Shown in pieces: positions 37,384 through 48,300 of a stretch of 64,000 nucleotides of DNA. The notes under the pieces are model-generated. The model saw nothing but the letters and a program-made list of their open reading frames with translations. It was not told the DNA's origin and ran no database searches. Every line of letters begins with the position of its first letter. The first letter of the stretch is position 1. The translations under genes and the position numbers were made by a program. The DNA lies in NCBI GenBank assembly GCA_044344255.1, contig JBIJDH010000017.1, forward strand, positions 32,001 through 96,000, given 5' to 3'. The DNA comes from Myxococcota bacterium (GTDB lineage Bacteria > Myxococcota_A > UBA796 > UBA2385).

Positions 37384-39531
37384 ATGTCTCCGTTCATCTT
37401 GCTCGCGCTGCTCCCTGCCCAAGCTGCAGAGGAGGTCATCTTCAGCAACTCCGCAGGGTGTACGCTGGTGGCCGATGGCACTCGACTGATCGTACGCGGG
37501 TGCAATCTTGAGGTACAGAACGGCTCGGGCTCGACGACCACCAGCAATGGGCTCGGCAACGTCATCGTCGGATACAACACCTCCGACGCCGCTGACCTCC
37601 GTACGGGCTCTCACAATGTCGTGGTGGGCGATCTCAACGACTACCAGAGCACCGCCGGAATCGTCGCTGGCTACGACAATACGCTCAAGGGCACTCACTC
37701 CGTGCTCGCAGGCGGCTCGAAGAACAAGGTCTACACGAGCTACAGCGCGACCCTCGGCGGCCGCCAGAACACGGTGAGCACCCAGACCTACGCGGTGGCA
37801 GTGGGCGGCCGACTGAACACGGTGAGCGGCCAGTTCGCCACGGTCATGGGCGGCGATACAAACTCCGTGACGGGGAAGTGGGGCACGGCGGTGGGCGGGA
37901 TGTCCACCGCGATGAGCACCGTCTCCGGCACGCAGCTCGGCGGCATCACCACCACGGAGCTGGACGACACCGCGTTGGACCTCGCCGTGCTCGACAGCTC
38001 GGTGTCGGCGCTGGAGCTCAATGACCTCGACCAGGACAGCACCCTCGCCGATCACGAGACCCGCCTTGGCCTCGCCGAGGCCTGGCTCGCCGCGCTCGAC
38101 GCCACCACATCCACTCTCGGCGAGTCCTTCTCCGGAGTGACCGCCTCAGTCTCAGCGCTGACCACTGACCTCTCCTCCCTGGCCGGCGTCGTCGGGCAGG
38201 TGTCCACCGACCTCTCGGCCCTCAGCTTGTCTGTCGGTGACGCCCTCCTCGACATCGTCACGCTCCAGTCTTCCGTCGCCGCGCTCGAGAGCGACCTCGC
38301 GGCGACAGACCTCTCCGGGATCAACGAGCTGCTCGCCTTCGTCCGCGTTGACACCGCCGGAGACGTGGTCTTCGAGGGCACCAACCTTCGTGTCGAGAGC
38401 GGGACCGGCAACACCTGGTCGGCTCCGAATGGGAAGGGGAACCTCATCATCGGCTACGACGAGGACAGCACCCTCGGCGACTGTGCGGGCTACGGCGTCG
38501 ACAAGACCGGCTCCCACAACCTCGTGATGGGGGCATGCAACGAGTATGCCGGCTACGCCGGCCTCGTCGGGGGAGCATTCAACCGGATCAGCGATGGATA
38601 TTCGGCGGTGGTCACCGGCAACTACAACGACGCCACCGGAGCTTATAGCGCCGTCCTGACCGGCAACGCCAATGACGCCACAGGGGCCTTTGGCGCGATC
38701 GTCTCCGGCTCGGCGAACACCGCATCCTCTACCGGAGGCGCCGTCCTCTCGGGCTACGGCAACGACGCGACCTACGGGATCTACAACGCGGTGCTGGGCG
38801 GACAGAACAACACAGCCTCGGGCAACTACGCCTCGGTCGGGGGCGGGATGGACAACATCGCCTCCGGGACCGCCGCGGCGATCGGCGCGGGCTGGGCCAA
38901 CACCGCCTCCAACCACACCTCCTCGGTCACGGGAGGGGCAGGCAACCTCGCGAGCGGGGTGACCTCCGTGGTGGCATCCGGCTCTGGTAACCAGTCAGAC
39001 TGTGGGCAGTGTGCGGTGCTCGGCGGCTATGAGAACGACACGACAGGTGGATTCTACGCCACCGCCGCCGTGGTCGTGGGCGGTCGCTCCAACACCGCGG
39101 ACGGATACTACGCGGTCGCGCTGGGCGGCTATTTGAACAAGGCAGACTGGACCTACTCTACGGCGGTCGGAGGGACCGAGAACCTCGCGACCGGCCAATA
39201 CAGCGTCGCGGTGGGCGGCGAGGAGAACGACGCCAACGGTGACTACACCGTGGCGGTGGGTGGCTTCAACAACACCGCCTGGGGAGCCTACGCATCCACC
39301 CTTACAGGTATCTCGAATGACGCGTCCGGCGCGTACTCCGCGGTCCTCGGGGGGAGCCAGAACGACGCGATCGGCAACTACGCGCTCGTGGGCGCCGGCT
39401 TCAGCAATCAAGCCTGGGCAGAGTACTCGGCGGTCCTCAATGGAGGTTCCAACATCTCCAACGGATATGCCGCCACGATCCTCGGTGGAAGCGGGGTCAG
39501 CACCACCACCTCCTACGCCGTCACCCCCTGA
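37384..39531 (+). CDS. Secreted adhesin-like protein with YadA-head-like repeats and a coiled-coil stalk
   Basis: Signal peptide (MSPFILLALLPAQA); many GGxxNxAxGxxSxV repeats; heptad-like central segment; no C-terminal beta-barrel. Confidence 0.75.
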   Translation: MSPFILLALLPAQAAEEVIFSNSAGCTLVADGTRLIVRGCNLEVQNGSGSTTTSNGLGNVIVGYNTSDAADLRTGSHNVVVGDLNDYQSTAGIVAGYDNTLKGTHSVLAGGSKNKVYTSYSATLGGRQNTVSTQTYAVAVGGRLNTVSGQFATVMGGDTNSVTGKWGTAVGGMSTAMSTVSGTQLGGITTTELDDTALDLAVLDSSVSALELNDLDQDSTLADHETRLGLAEAWLAALDATTSTLGESFSGVTASVSALTTDLSSLAGVVGQVSTDLSALSLSVGDALLDIVTLQSSVAALESDLAATDLSGINELLAFVRVDTAGDVVFEGTNLRVESGTGNTWSAPNGKGNLIIGYDEDSTLGDCAGYGVDKTGSHNLVMGACNEYAGYAGLVGGAFNRISDGYSAVVTGNYNDATGAYSAVLTGNANDATGAFGAIVSGSANTASSTGGAVLSGYGNDATYGIYNAVLGGQNNTASGNYASVGGGMDNIASGTAAAIGAGWANTASNHTSSVTGGAGNLASGVTSVVASGSGNQSDCGQCAVLGGYENDTTGGFYATAAVVVGGRSNTADGYYAVALGGYLNKADWTYSTAVGGTENLATGQYSVAVGGEENDANGDYTVAVGGFNNTAWGAYASTLTGISNDASGAYSAVLGGSQNDAIGNYALVGAGFSNQAWAEYSAVLNGGSNISNGYAATILGGSGVSTTTSYAVTP

Positions 39532-39591
39532 TCGCGGAGACGGTGCCGCACGGTGCCGCGGACGCTGATAGCTCGGCACCTGCGGCCGCGC

Positions 39592-42500
39592 TCAGCGGAG
39601 CGAGCCGTAGACCCCTACGCGGCCCCGATTGGGAGAGACGTCCGGGGAGGCCGCCAAGCGTGCCCGGGCGAGCGCGAGGATGCGTTCTGGAGCGAGCTCC
39701 GTGACCGTGACGGCAGCGTCGTCTGACCAGGCGAGGAGGCGCTGGCCGTCGGGGCTCCAGGCGAGGGCGTACACCAAACCGGGGGTCCGTTCGAGGGTCT
39801 CCTGCCGCGCCCCGCCGAGGTCAAAGCGCTCGAGACGGTTGTTCCCCGTCGCCAGCACGAGGGAGCGACCGTCGGGCGTGAAGCGCGCGGCGGTCACAAG
39901 CCCCCCGACGATCTCGTACCGAGCGATCTCCTCTCCGTCGAGTCCCCACAGGCGGGCCACGCCCTCATGCCCGGCGGTGAGCACGTGGGCGCCGTCGGGC
40001 GACCGCTGCACATCGACCAGCGCGCCCTCATGCCCGACGAGCCTCGCGGAGACAGTGCCATCGGGGCGCCACAGCTCCGCCTCGCCCGTCGGCCCGCTGA
40101 CGAGGAGCAGCCCCCGGTCGGACAGGGCGAGCGAGGCCGGCCTCACGCTCACGCCGTCCTGCGCCCGAATCAAGCGCCCCCCGAGACCGAGGAGGCGAAG
40201 GCTGTGCGCCGCAGTGACGAAGGCGCCCTCACCGAAGCCACCGATGGCACCGACAGGCTCGCCCGTCGGCGGCGACGCCCAGGCCGGCACACCGCTGGGG
40301 GTCCAGGATCGGACTGATCCGTCCTCGTGACCCGTCCAGAGCTCGCCCGCCCCGCTCCGCCCGATCGCGCCGATCGCGGCGGCCGAGGCCGCGGTCCAGC
40401 GGGGTGCCCCCTCGGCGTCATAGGCGTGGAGCCGACCGTCCCCAGCGCCGACGAAGAGCCCCCCGTCGGCGTCGAAGAAGAGCCGGCGGGCCTCGGGGAC
40501 CAGGGTCGCGCCGAGGCTCCGACCCTCCTCCGTCCAGCGCTCGATCCGCCCGTCCGCGGAGGCGGTGACGAAGACCGGCCCCCCCGGCCCAACGGCGGCG
40601 TCCCGAAAGGGCCCTCCATTGCTCACCAGCGTCGCCACGAGCGCTCCCTGCTCCGTGTCCCAGATTCGAGCGAATCGGTCGCCGGACAGGGTGAGGGCCC
40701 GGCGACCGTCGGGGGTGACCAGGACACGGTCGACGATACGCTCCGTCGGATAGGAAAATCCGAGCGTGGTCCCGTTCGGGGACCACATCTCTTCGCGTCG
40801 CCGATCCACCTCGAGCGAGGGGCGGACGCCTTCACCGGGGAGGTATCGGCCGAGCGCCACCTCAACCCGACGATCTTTCAACCTCACCAAACTCGCCTCG
40901 TCGAGGCGCCACCTCCGGAGCACCCCGTCCTGCCCGGCCGTGAAGATGCTCTCCCCATCGGATGACCAGACAACCTGGGACACCCACCCCACATGACCGG
41001 CCAGCGTCGAGAGGAGGTCGCCGGAGAGGGTCCACAGGCGCACCCGGGCGTCGTCCGAGGCGGTCACCAACGCGTGCCCGTCCGGAGAGAAGGCCGCGTC
41101 CGTGATGCGGCCGAGGTGATCGCCGAGCGCAGTGGTGGCCACGCCATCCTGCCAGATCCGCGCGGTGCGGTCATAGGCCCCAGTGACGAAGGTCCGACCG
41201 CCCGGGGCGAAGCGGAGCAGGGTCACGGGCCCAGTGTGCCCCGCGAGCAGGCCCATCGCCCGCCCCTCGGGGCTCCATCGGTGAACGAAACCTTCCATTC
41301 GACCGAATGTATACAGGCTCTTCGAGTCAGAGGAAAACTCAAGATCGACCACGAAGCGGGGAGCGGCCTGAATCCGCCCGATCACCGAACCTCCCCGCCC
41401 GAAGACCGTGACCCTGCCTCCGTCGTCGCTGAGCGCGATGAGCTGCTGATCGGGGCTGACCTCCACCACTCTCCCTCCAGGGCGGTGCACAAGCACCGGA
41501 CCGCCGACGAGCGAGATCTCCGCCCAGGCCGACTCTGTCACCGCGAAGACGGAGGCGCCTCCGGGCATCATCGAGAGCCGCAACACGTAGCTTGGAGACG
41601 CCCACAGCACCGCCGAAGAACCGTCCCCGATTGTCCACAGACGCACGGTTCCGTCCGCCCCATTCGACACCAAACGCCGTCCATCTGAGGTGTAAGCGAC
41701 CTCGAAGACCGCGCCCGCGTGCCCGCGCAAGACCGCGACCGAGCTGCCCGCCTCTGTCCACACCCGGATGGTCCCGTCCATCCCCCAGGTCGCGAGCTCC
41801 CCCCCGCCGGGGCGCATGGCCACTCCATTGATCAGCCCCTCATGGCCGACCATCGCCCGATCCACCCACGGCACGGCCATGGACTCTCGGAGCGCGGTCA
41901 GGCTCGCGGGGGAGCGGTCGGCCTCCACCGCGGCGAGGGCGAGGGCGAGGGCCTCCCGGTTGTCCCAAGCGAGGGCACCCGAGGACTCGAGGGCGAGGGC
42001 CCGGGCGGTGGTCTCCCTCCGCGCGGACTCGGCCGCGGCGGCGGCCAGCTCGGCCTCCTCGGTGCGGGCCCGATAGGCGATCATGCCGACGGTCGTCAGC
42101 GCGGCGAGCAGGAGGGCCCCTGCGATGACGCCCAGCCGAACGCGGCGGCGACGGAGCCCGGCTCGCTCGGTCAGGGCCTGCCCCGCGGTGATGAAGGCCA
42201 CCAGCAGTGGATCGGCGCCGCGCGCGCGGGAGGTGCTGGCCGCGACATGCAGGGCCTCATCCCGCCACAGCAGCCCGTCGGGTCGCCCTTGGTCATCCCA
42301 GTGGCGGGCCGCAGCGGCGATCCGCTCCCGAATGACCTGTTGGTCCCGATCCTGATCGATCCACGAGACCAGCCGACCCCAGACCCGGACGAGGGCCTCA
42401 TGGGAGAGCTCGACGTAGGCCCGACCCTCGACCCGACGCGCCACCAACAGCCGCCCAGCCACGAGCTGATCGAGGACCCTCCCCGCGGAGTCGGGTGACC

Positions 42501-44334
42501 CGCTCGCCTCCAGCAGCCGAGCCCGGTCAACCTGCCGTCGGGTGCGGTCCGACGTCAACAGGGCACGGAAGAGCTCTCGGGCCAACGCCTCATCTCCAGG
42601 CTCGGGCAGCGCGGCGATGACCTCATCGGCGTGAGCGGCGAGGATGCCGGGTACGCCGCCCATGGCGTCCAGCGCCGCGCGGGGGAGCAGCCTTCGCCCG
42701 GCGTCCCGCCCCTCCCAGAGCTGGCTGGCGGCGAACTGGAGGAGCGGGAGCGGCGCCGCCTCGCTGGCGACAGACTCCACCATCTCGAGGGCGAGCCCCT
42801 CCTCGAAGTGGAAGCCCACTCGCGCCGCCGGGCCGGTGAGGGCCTCGACCAGCGCCGACTGTTCCGGCGGCGGCAGCACGAAGATCCCCGTCCCGCCTTC
42901 GCCTTCGGCGTCGAGCAGCGCCGCCATGCGAGACAGATAGTCCTCTCGCACCGTGAAGAGCAGGCGGATCGGCCCCTCTCGTGTGTCAGCGGCACCGCGC
43001 AGGGCGGTGATGAAGAGCGGCGCCTCGGCCGTGGCGTCGGCCTGGGTGAAGAGCTCCTCCGCCGCGTCCACCACGATGAGCTGCTGGTATCCGCCCTCCC
43101 GAGCGAGGCGACGGAGGCCCCGACCCAGGCGCCCCGGCGCCCGACCGAGGTCATCGGCCTCCGCGCCCGCCAGCGCAACCTGGAGGGCCTCGAGCGGTCC
43201 GCGCCCCGGCCGGAGGATCACGACCTTCCACGGCCCCTCTTGACGCAGCCGCGGGATGAGCCCAGCACCGACGAGGGAGGTCTTGCCGGCGCCCGACGGG
43301 CCGACCAGGAGGCAGCAGGGGTGGTCGAGGACGAGAGAGCGGAGGCGGGAGACCTCCCGGTCTCGGCCGTAAAAATCCAGCCGGTCCGCCTCCCGAAAGG
43401 GCTCGAGCCAGCGGTAGGGAGAGCCCTCGGGGGCCTCGGCGCCTCGCAGCCGGGCCAAGGCCCTCGACAGGAGCTCGAGGGCAGAGGCGGCCGTCGGTCG
43501 GCGGTCTCGCTCGATCTGCAAGGCTCCGTCAATGATCTCAACGAGCGGCGGCGGGAGGTCCGGGCGCCCGATCGTGACGGAGGGCAAGGGTGCCCAGGCG
43601 TCCGGGCCAAGCGTCGAGTCGGGAGCGGCCTCCGGGCGACGGGGCAGCGCCCCGGTGAGCATCCAGTACAGGGTGACGCCGAGCGCATAGACGTCCGTGC
43701 GACCGTCCTCCGTGCCACCGCTCCGCTGCTCGGGGGCCATGAAGCCGGGCGTGCCCGCGGCGCCGCTCCGGACCCCCGCCGCCGTGCGGGCGAGGCCGAA
43801 GTCGATGACCTTCACCCGCCCATCGTTCAGGCACCAGATGTTGGATGGTTTGAGGTCACGGTGGAGCACACCCGCGGCGTGGGCGGCCACGAGCGCCGCG
43901 CCGACCTTCAGGCCGACGTCGACCACCTCCTCCAGCGAAGGGGGAGCGCGCTCGGCGAGGGTCTGCCCGTTGAGGAGCTCCATCACGAGGTAGGGCCGAC
44001 CCCGCCAGTCGCCAGCGCGGAAGACCGTGACCACGTTCGGGTGGTCGATCTGCGCGGTGGCTTGCGCCTCCTGAGCGAAAGACTCCGCCCAGCCCTCGAC
44101 ATCGGTGATCTCGGGGGCCACCAGCTTCACCGCGACCATCCGCCCGAGGCGCAGATCGCGGACCCTGTAGACCCTCGCCATCCCGCCGCGGCCGATCGGG
44201 CCGACCACCTCGAGGTCTTCGGCGAGCAGCTCTCCGGCCGCGGGGAGGCCGGCCCCCGGCGAGACCGGCGGGGCGCCCCAACGCGGCGCCCGATCTGCCG
44301 GGTTGGGGAGGGTGGGGCTGTCGCCTGTCGCCAT
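39592..44334 (-). CDS. Ser/Thr kinase, nSTAND1 NTPase, TM, WD40-repeat protein
   Basis: GRGGMA, AVK, HRDLKPSN, DFG, GTPGFMAPEQ; PYRWLEPF...FYGR, GPSGAGKTS, VDAAEELFT, LPLLQFA, HEAL; one TM; many GH...DG..R.W repeats. Confidence 0.9.
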   Translation of the reverse strand: MATGDSPTLPNPADRAPRWGAPPVSPGAGLPAAGELLAEDLEVVGPIGRGGMARVYRVRDLRLGRMVAVKLVAPEITDVEGWAESFAQEAQATAQIDHPNVVTVFRAGDWRGRPYLVMELLNGQTLAERAPPSLEEVVDVGLKVGAALVAAHAAGVLHRDLKPSNIWCLNDGRVKVIDFGLARTAAGVRSGAAGTPGFMAPEQRSGGTEDGRTDVYALGVTLYWMLTGALPRRPEAAPDSTLGPDAWAPLPSVTIGRPDLPPPLVEIIDGALQIERDRRPTAASALELLSRALARLRGAEAPEGSPYRWLEPFREADRLDFYGRDREVSRLRSLVLDHPCCLLVGPSGAGKTSLVGAGLIPRLRQEGPWKVVILRPGRGPLEALQVALAGAEADDLGRAPGRLGRGLRRLAREGGYQQLIVVDAAEELFTQADATAEAPLFITALRGAADTREGPIRLLFTVREDYLSRMAALLDAEGEGGTGIFVLPPPEQSALVEALTGPAARVGFHFEEGLALEMVESVASEAAPLPLLQFAASQLWEGRDAGRRLLPRAALDAMGGVPGILAAHADEVIAALPEPGDEALARELFRALLTSDRTRRQVDRARLLEASGSPDSAGRVLDQLVAGRLLVARRVEGRAYVELSHEALVRVWGRLVSWIDQDRDQQVIRERIAAAARHWDDQGRPDGLLWRDEALHVAASTSRARGADPLLVAFITAGQALTERAGLRRRRVRLGVIAGALLLAALTTVGMIAYRARTEEAELAAAAAESARRETTARALALESSGALAWDNREALALALAAVEADRSPASLTALRESMAVPWVDRAMVGHEGLINGVAMRPGGGELATWGMDGTIRVWTEAGSSVAVLRGHAGAVFEVAYTSDGRRLVSNGADGTVRLWTIGDGSSAVLWASPSYVLRLSMMPGGASVFAVTESAWAEISLVGGPVLVHRPGGRVVEVSPDQQLIALSDDGGRVTVFGRGGSVIGRIQAAPRFVVDLEFSSDSKSLYTFGRMEGFVHRWSPEGRAMGLLAGHTGPVTLLRFAPGGRTFVTGAYDRTARIWQDGVATTALGDHLGRITDAAFSPDGHALVTASDDARVRLWTLSGDLLSTLAGHVGWVSQVVWSSDGESIFTAGQDGVLRRWRLDEASLVRLKDRRVEVALGRYLPGEGVRPSLEVDRRREEMWSPNGTTLGFSYPTERIVDRVLVTPDGRRALTLSGDRFARIWDTEQGALVATLVSNGGPFRDAAVGPGGPVFVTASADGRIERWTEEGRSLGATLVPEARRLFFDADGGLFVGAGDGRLHAYDAEGAPRWTAASAAAIGAIGRSGAGELWTGHEDGSVRSWTPSGVPAWASPPTGEPVGAIGGFGEGAFVTAAHSLRLLGLGGRLIRAQDGVSVRPASLALSDRGLLLVSGPTGEAELWRPDGTVSARLVGHEGALVDVQRSPDGAHVLTAGHEGVARLWGLDGEEIARYEIVGGLVTAARFTPDGRSLVLATGNNRLERFDLGGARQETLERTPGLVYALAWSPDGQRLLAWSDDAAVTVTELAPERILALARARLAASPDVSPNRGRVGVYGSLR

Positions 44335-44369
44335 CCCTGCGGTCGTATCCCATCGGCTATGGTGAGGCC

Positions 44370-45305
44370 GTGGGCGCCATTCGACCCCTCCCCGACTCCC
44401 TGCCCTTCTCGCTGCCCGGCGGGCCGCCTTTGTCGGGGCGTGTCCCGCTGCCTCGCCGCCTCCGGATCGGTCGCGCGGCGGACAGCGGCCTCGTCATCTC
44501 CCACAGCTCGGTCTCCCGCGATCACGCCCTGCTCGGCTGGACCGGCCTCGCCTGGGAGCTCCGAGACCTCGGCAGCCAGAACGGCACCACCGTCGACGGC
44601 CAGCAGCTCCCCGGCGGGGGGCGCGCAGAGCTCGGCCTGGGGAGCCTCGTCCAGCTCGGCGGGGTCGCCGCCTTCGAGCTCGTGGACACCCTCGGCCCCG
44701 CGCCCTTCGCTCGGAGCGCCGACGGCCGTGTCATCGAGGGCAGCCTCGACCTGCTGTGCCTCGGGGCCGAGGAGGCCAGCCAGGGGGAGGAGCCCGAGGC
44801 CGAGCGGTCCGTCTGGTTCAGCGCCAGCGGCGACTGGATCCTCGAAGAGCGCGGGCGCGTGCGCCCCATCGGAGACGGAGAGCGCCTCCACCACCAGGGG
44901 GCGCTCTGGACGCTGTCCCTACCCCCGCCCCAAGCGCTGGACGCGACCGATCGGGCTCCCGGCACCCTCCGGCCGCGCCTGCGCCTCCGGCTGGAGACCG
45001 GCACCCTCGACGTCGAGGGGCGGATCTTTCAGCGGGAGCAGGGTGGTGAGACCCAGGCCTGTCCGCTCACCCCCACCGAGGCGAGGCTGCTGCTCTACCT
45101 CTCCGAGCACCCGGGGCGCACGATCTCGCACCGCGAGCTGCTCTCAGCGGTGTGGGGTTACCGAGAGTCCATGGAGAGCCGAACCGTCTATGTCACCGTG
45201 AATCGGCTCCGACAGAAGGTCGAGCAGGACCCTGCTGCCCCTCGCCACTTGCTCGCGGTGGCCGGACAGGGCTATCGATTTGTCCCGCTCCCCCCGTCCA
45301 GCTGA
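44370..45305 (+). CDS. FHA domain plus OmpR-type winged-helix transcriptional regulator (no receiver domain)
   Basis: IGR...VSRDHA...DLGSQNGT (FHA); LTPTEARLL...SHRELLSAVWG...TVNRLRQKVE...GQGYRF. Confidence 0.85.
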   Translation: MGAIRPLPDSLPFSLPGGPPLSGRVPLPRRLRIGRAADSGLVISHSSVSRDHALLGWTGLAWELRDLGSQNGTTVDGQQLPGGGRAELGLGSLVQLGGVAAFELVDTLGPAPFARSADGRVIEGSLDLLCLGAEEASQGEEPEAERSVWFSASGDWILEERGRVRPIGDGERLHHQGALWTLSLPPPQALDATDRAPGTLRPRLRLRLETGTLDVEGRIFQREQGGETQACPLTPTEARLLLYLSEHPGRTISHRELLSAVWGYRESMESRTVYVTVNRLRQKVEQDPAAPRHLLAVAGQGYRFVPLPPSS

Positions 45306-45333
45306 AACTCTGTCTACCGGTGGCCCACTCCTT

Positions 45334-48300
45334 TCAGAAGCGCCAGCGCCAATAGAGGGAGGCGTCCGACACGCCGGCGTCCCCGGTCACCATCTCCGCA
45401 TAGAGCCGGCGGGTGATCAGCCACTGGAGGTTCACCGAGAAACGGTTCTCCTCGGTGGTGGAGGTGGTCTCGGCGCTGGCCCGCCACTCGGCGCCGAGGA
45501 AGAGGCGATCGGCGCCCGGCACCGGCCAGCCCGCCTTGAAGGTGCCCTCATCGAACTCGAACTGACCGCCGCGCAGCGAGCTGCCGACCACGCGAGAGAG
45601 CTGGTTGCCCGCGAGCGAGAAGAGGGTGGTGAGCCCCACCTGGCTCTCGTTCTCGGTGAGGTCGGACAGGGGTTTGCCGAGGATGAGGATGGAGAGGATG
45701 TCGGCCTGCTCGAGGCCCTGGTCGCTGGTGAAGGAGAGGATGGGCTCGGCGTCCCCCGAGCTCCCCTGCATGCCGGCGCTCGTCAAATCGCCGAGGTACC
45801 CCTTCACCTGGGCTGAGATGTCGCCGTACTCGCCGGTGTGCCGCACCGCCGAGAAGTCGAAGGTGGCCTCATCCATGTCGTCGCCCACGAAGGACATCGA
45901 GCCGCCGCCCACCTCGAAGGCGCGGTTGAGGATGTTCATGTCGCCGCGACGCACCTCGACAGTGCCGTTGAGGCCGAAGTTGCCGTCCCGCAGCCAGACG
46001 TCGAGGGGCTCGGGGCTGTCCAGATCAACCTCGGCGGACACGGTTGAGACCTTGGCGAGCTGCCCCCCTTGGAGGGGGACGGTGACGTTGAAGTGCAGGG
46101 ACTGCTGCAGATCGACCTTGATCTCGACGTCGATGCCCGTCAGGCTGTCGGTCGGCGCGGGGGCTCGGTCGCCCACCTCCTCGCCGCCCTTCACGCGATG
46201 GATGCGGAGGGCGGGATCGACGCCGAGGGTCTGGTCGGCGAGGAAGAGGTCTTCGCCGAGGATGACCTTGCCCTGGACGAGATCGACGTCGCCCCGCAGG
46301 CGGAGCTCAGGGAGGTCGCCCGAGATCACGAGCTTGCTGTCGACCTGGATCTTCATGTCGTCGGTGTGCGTGAGCCAGAAGTCGTCGAGCTCGAGGTTGA
46401 CCTGGAGGCGCTTGGGATCGAGCTCGTCGAAGGTGAGGTCACCCGAGCCCTCGAGCGAGCCCTTCCCGGCGCCGAGCGCGCCGCCGTACATCGGGCCGTC
46501 TTGGATGAACAGGCGATGGAGCAGCAGGCGCTCCCCGGCGAGGCTGAGGTCGAGGTCGATGTCCTGGTAGCGGGTGCCGAGGGGGGCGTAGGAGAGCGCG
46601 CCGTCGCGCAGCTCGAGCTTGAGGGTGGGCGTGGGCTTCTGGAGCGAGCCCCGGAGGTTCCCCGCCACCTTGAGCCGGCCCTGGGTGTCGCTCACCCCAG
46701 GCACGAGGCCCTCGAGCAAGCGGAGCGGCAAGCCCCCACCGTGGAGCTCGAGGGCGAGGCCGGGGGTGGCCAGCATCGCCTCGGTGCTGAGGTCGGGGCG
46801 CAGATCGAAGGGGACGTGGCCGCTGACGGAGATGTCGCCCTGCTTCTTGAAGCCGAGCCGGAGGTCGAGCTCATAGCCGCCCGGCACGGGGCTGACGCCG
46901 AGCACGCCGAGGTCGATCGGCACGGTGCCCACGCTGCCGTCGAGCAGCATGAAGCCCCCCTCCAGCACCGGCGACTCGGCGCTGCCCTGCACGACCACGC
47001 CGCCTGCGAGGTGGCCCGACAGGCCCGAAGGGAGGTCGAGCCAGCGGGCGAGCTCCTCGACGGCGATGCCCTCGTTGACCGTGCTCATGCGCAGATCGAG
47101 GGAGGAGAGCCAGGTGGAGGGGGCGTCGAGCGGGGGCTCAGGAGCGCCGGCGAGGGCCCAGGCGAAGACCTGCCCGAGCCGGGTCTCGGCCTCCCCGGTG
47201 AGGGCGAAGCGGCGATTCCAGCGCTGCTCCACCGAGGCGTCGAGGTGCAGGTCCCCGCCGCGGCGGTTCACGCGGGCGTCCACCCGCACCCGGTCGCGGC
47301 CGTCGTCAAAGGGGAGCCGGGCCGCGGAGACGAGCTCGACGTCGGGGTCGCAGGCGGGGCCGGTGAGGTGGAGCTCCGCGCTCGCCTCCCCTTCGAGCTC
47401 AGGCAGCACGAGGAGGTGACGGTGCAGCCGCCCGAGCTCGCCGGGCGCGAGGAGCAGGCGCAGGTCGACCGCCTCCCCGCAGGCGAGCCCGGGAGCCTCG
47501 AGGTCGAGCGGCAGCCGCCCTTCGCCGACGAAGAGCAGCCCCTCCTCCGCCGAGACGCGGATCCCGAGCGTGGGCGACTCCACCGGTCCCTCGATCTCCA
47601 CGGCCACGTCGATGCCCTCGGCCACCTCGGGATAGCGGAGGCCGACCAAGGCGCCCGAGGCCTGGAGGGACCAGGCCCCTGCGGCGTCGGCGAGGAGGGT
47701 GGCGTCGATGTGGGTGAGGCCGTCGAGGCCGTCGATGGGCCCGGCCTCCCCCTCCTTCGGCGGCGCGATGAAGAACGGCGCCAGGCCCGCGACGAGGCCG
47801 AGGTCGAGCTCGTCCACGACGAGGTGGAGATCGGTGCCGGGGCGACCCCGGGGGAAGAGGGAGCCCTGCACGGAGAGGGCGCCGAGCGGGCCGGCGAGCC
47901 CGATCTCGATGTCCTGCACCCCTCCGTCGGCGAGGCGGAAGCGCCCCGGGCCGGGCGAGCGCATCGGCTGGGCGGGATCGAGGCCGAGCACGAGCCCGTC
48001 CACCTGCCAGGCGCCGCTGCCGAGGTCTCCGGTCACCGCGCCCTGGAGCACCGGCAGGCCGAGCCGCTGCAGATCGGCCTCGACGGCGATCTGGTCACCG
48101 TGCACGGAGGCGATGACCGGCCCGCCGTCCACCCGATAGCCGGTGGGGGTGTAGGTGATGCCGCGCACCCAGATGGGCTCGCTGTCGACCCTCAGCGCGC
48201 CCTGGGGGTCCAGGTTGGCGGCGACCACGCCCTCGACCGACTCGACCTCGACCACCCCGCCGCCGAGCCGCAGGCCGTCGGCGCGGAGGCTGAGCTGCCC

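Noticed and set aside
39540..39559. 10-bp direct repeat ACGGTGCCGC x2 between convergent genes as a target-site duplication or terminator
   Set aside because: Adjacent copies with no mobile element and no U-tract hairpin; probably slippage
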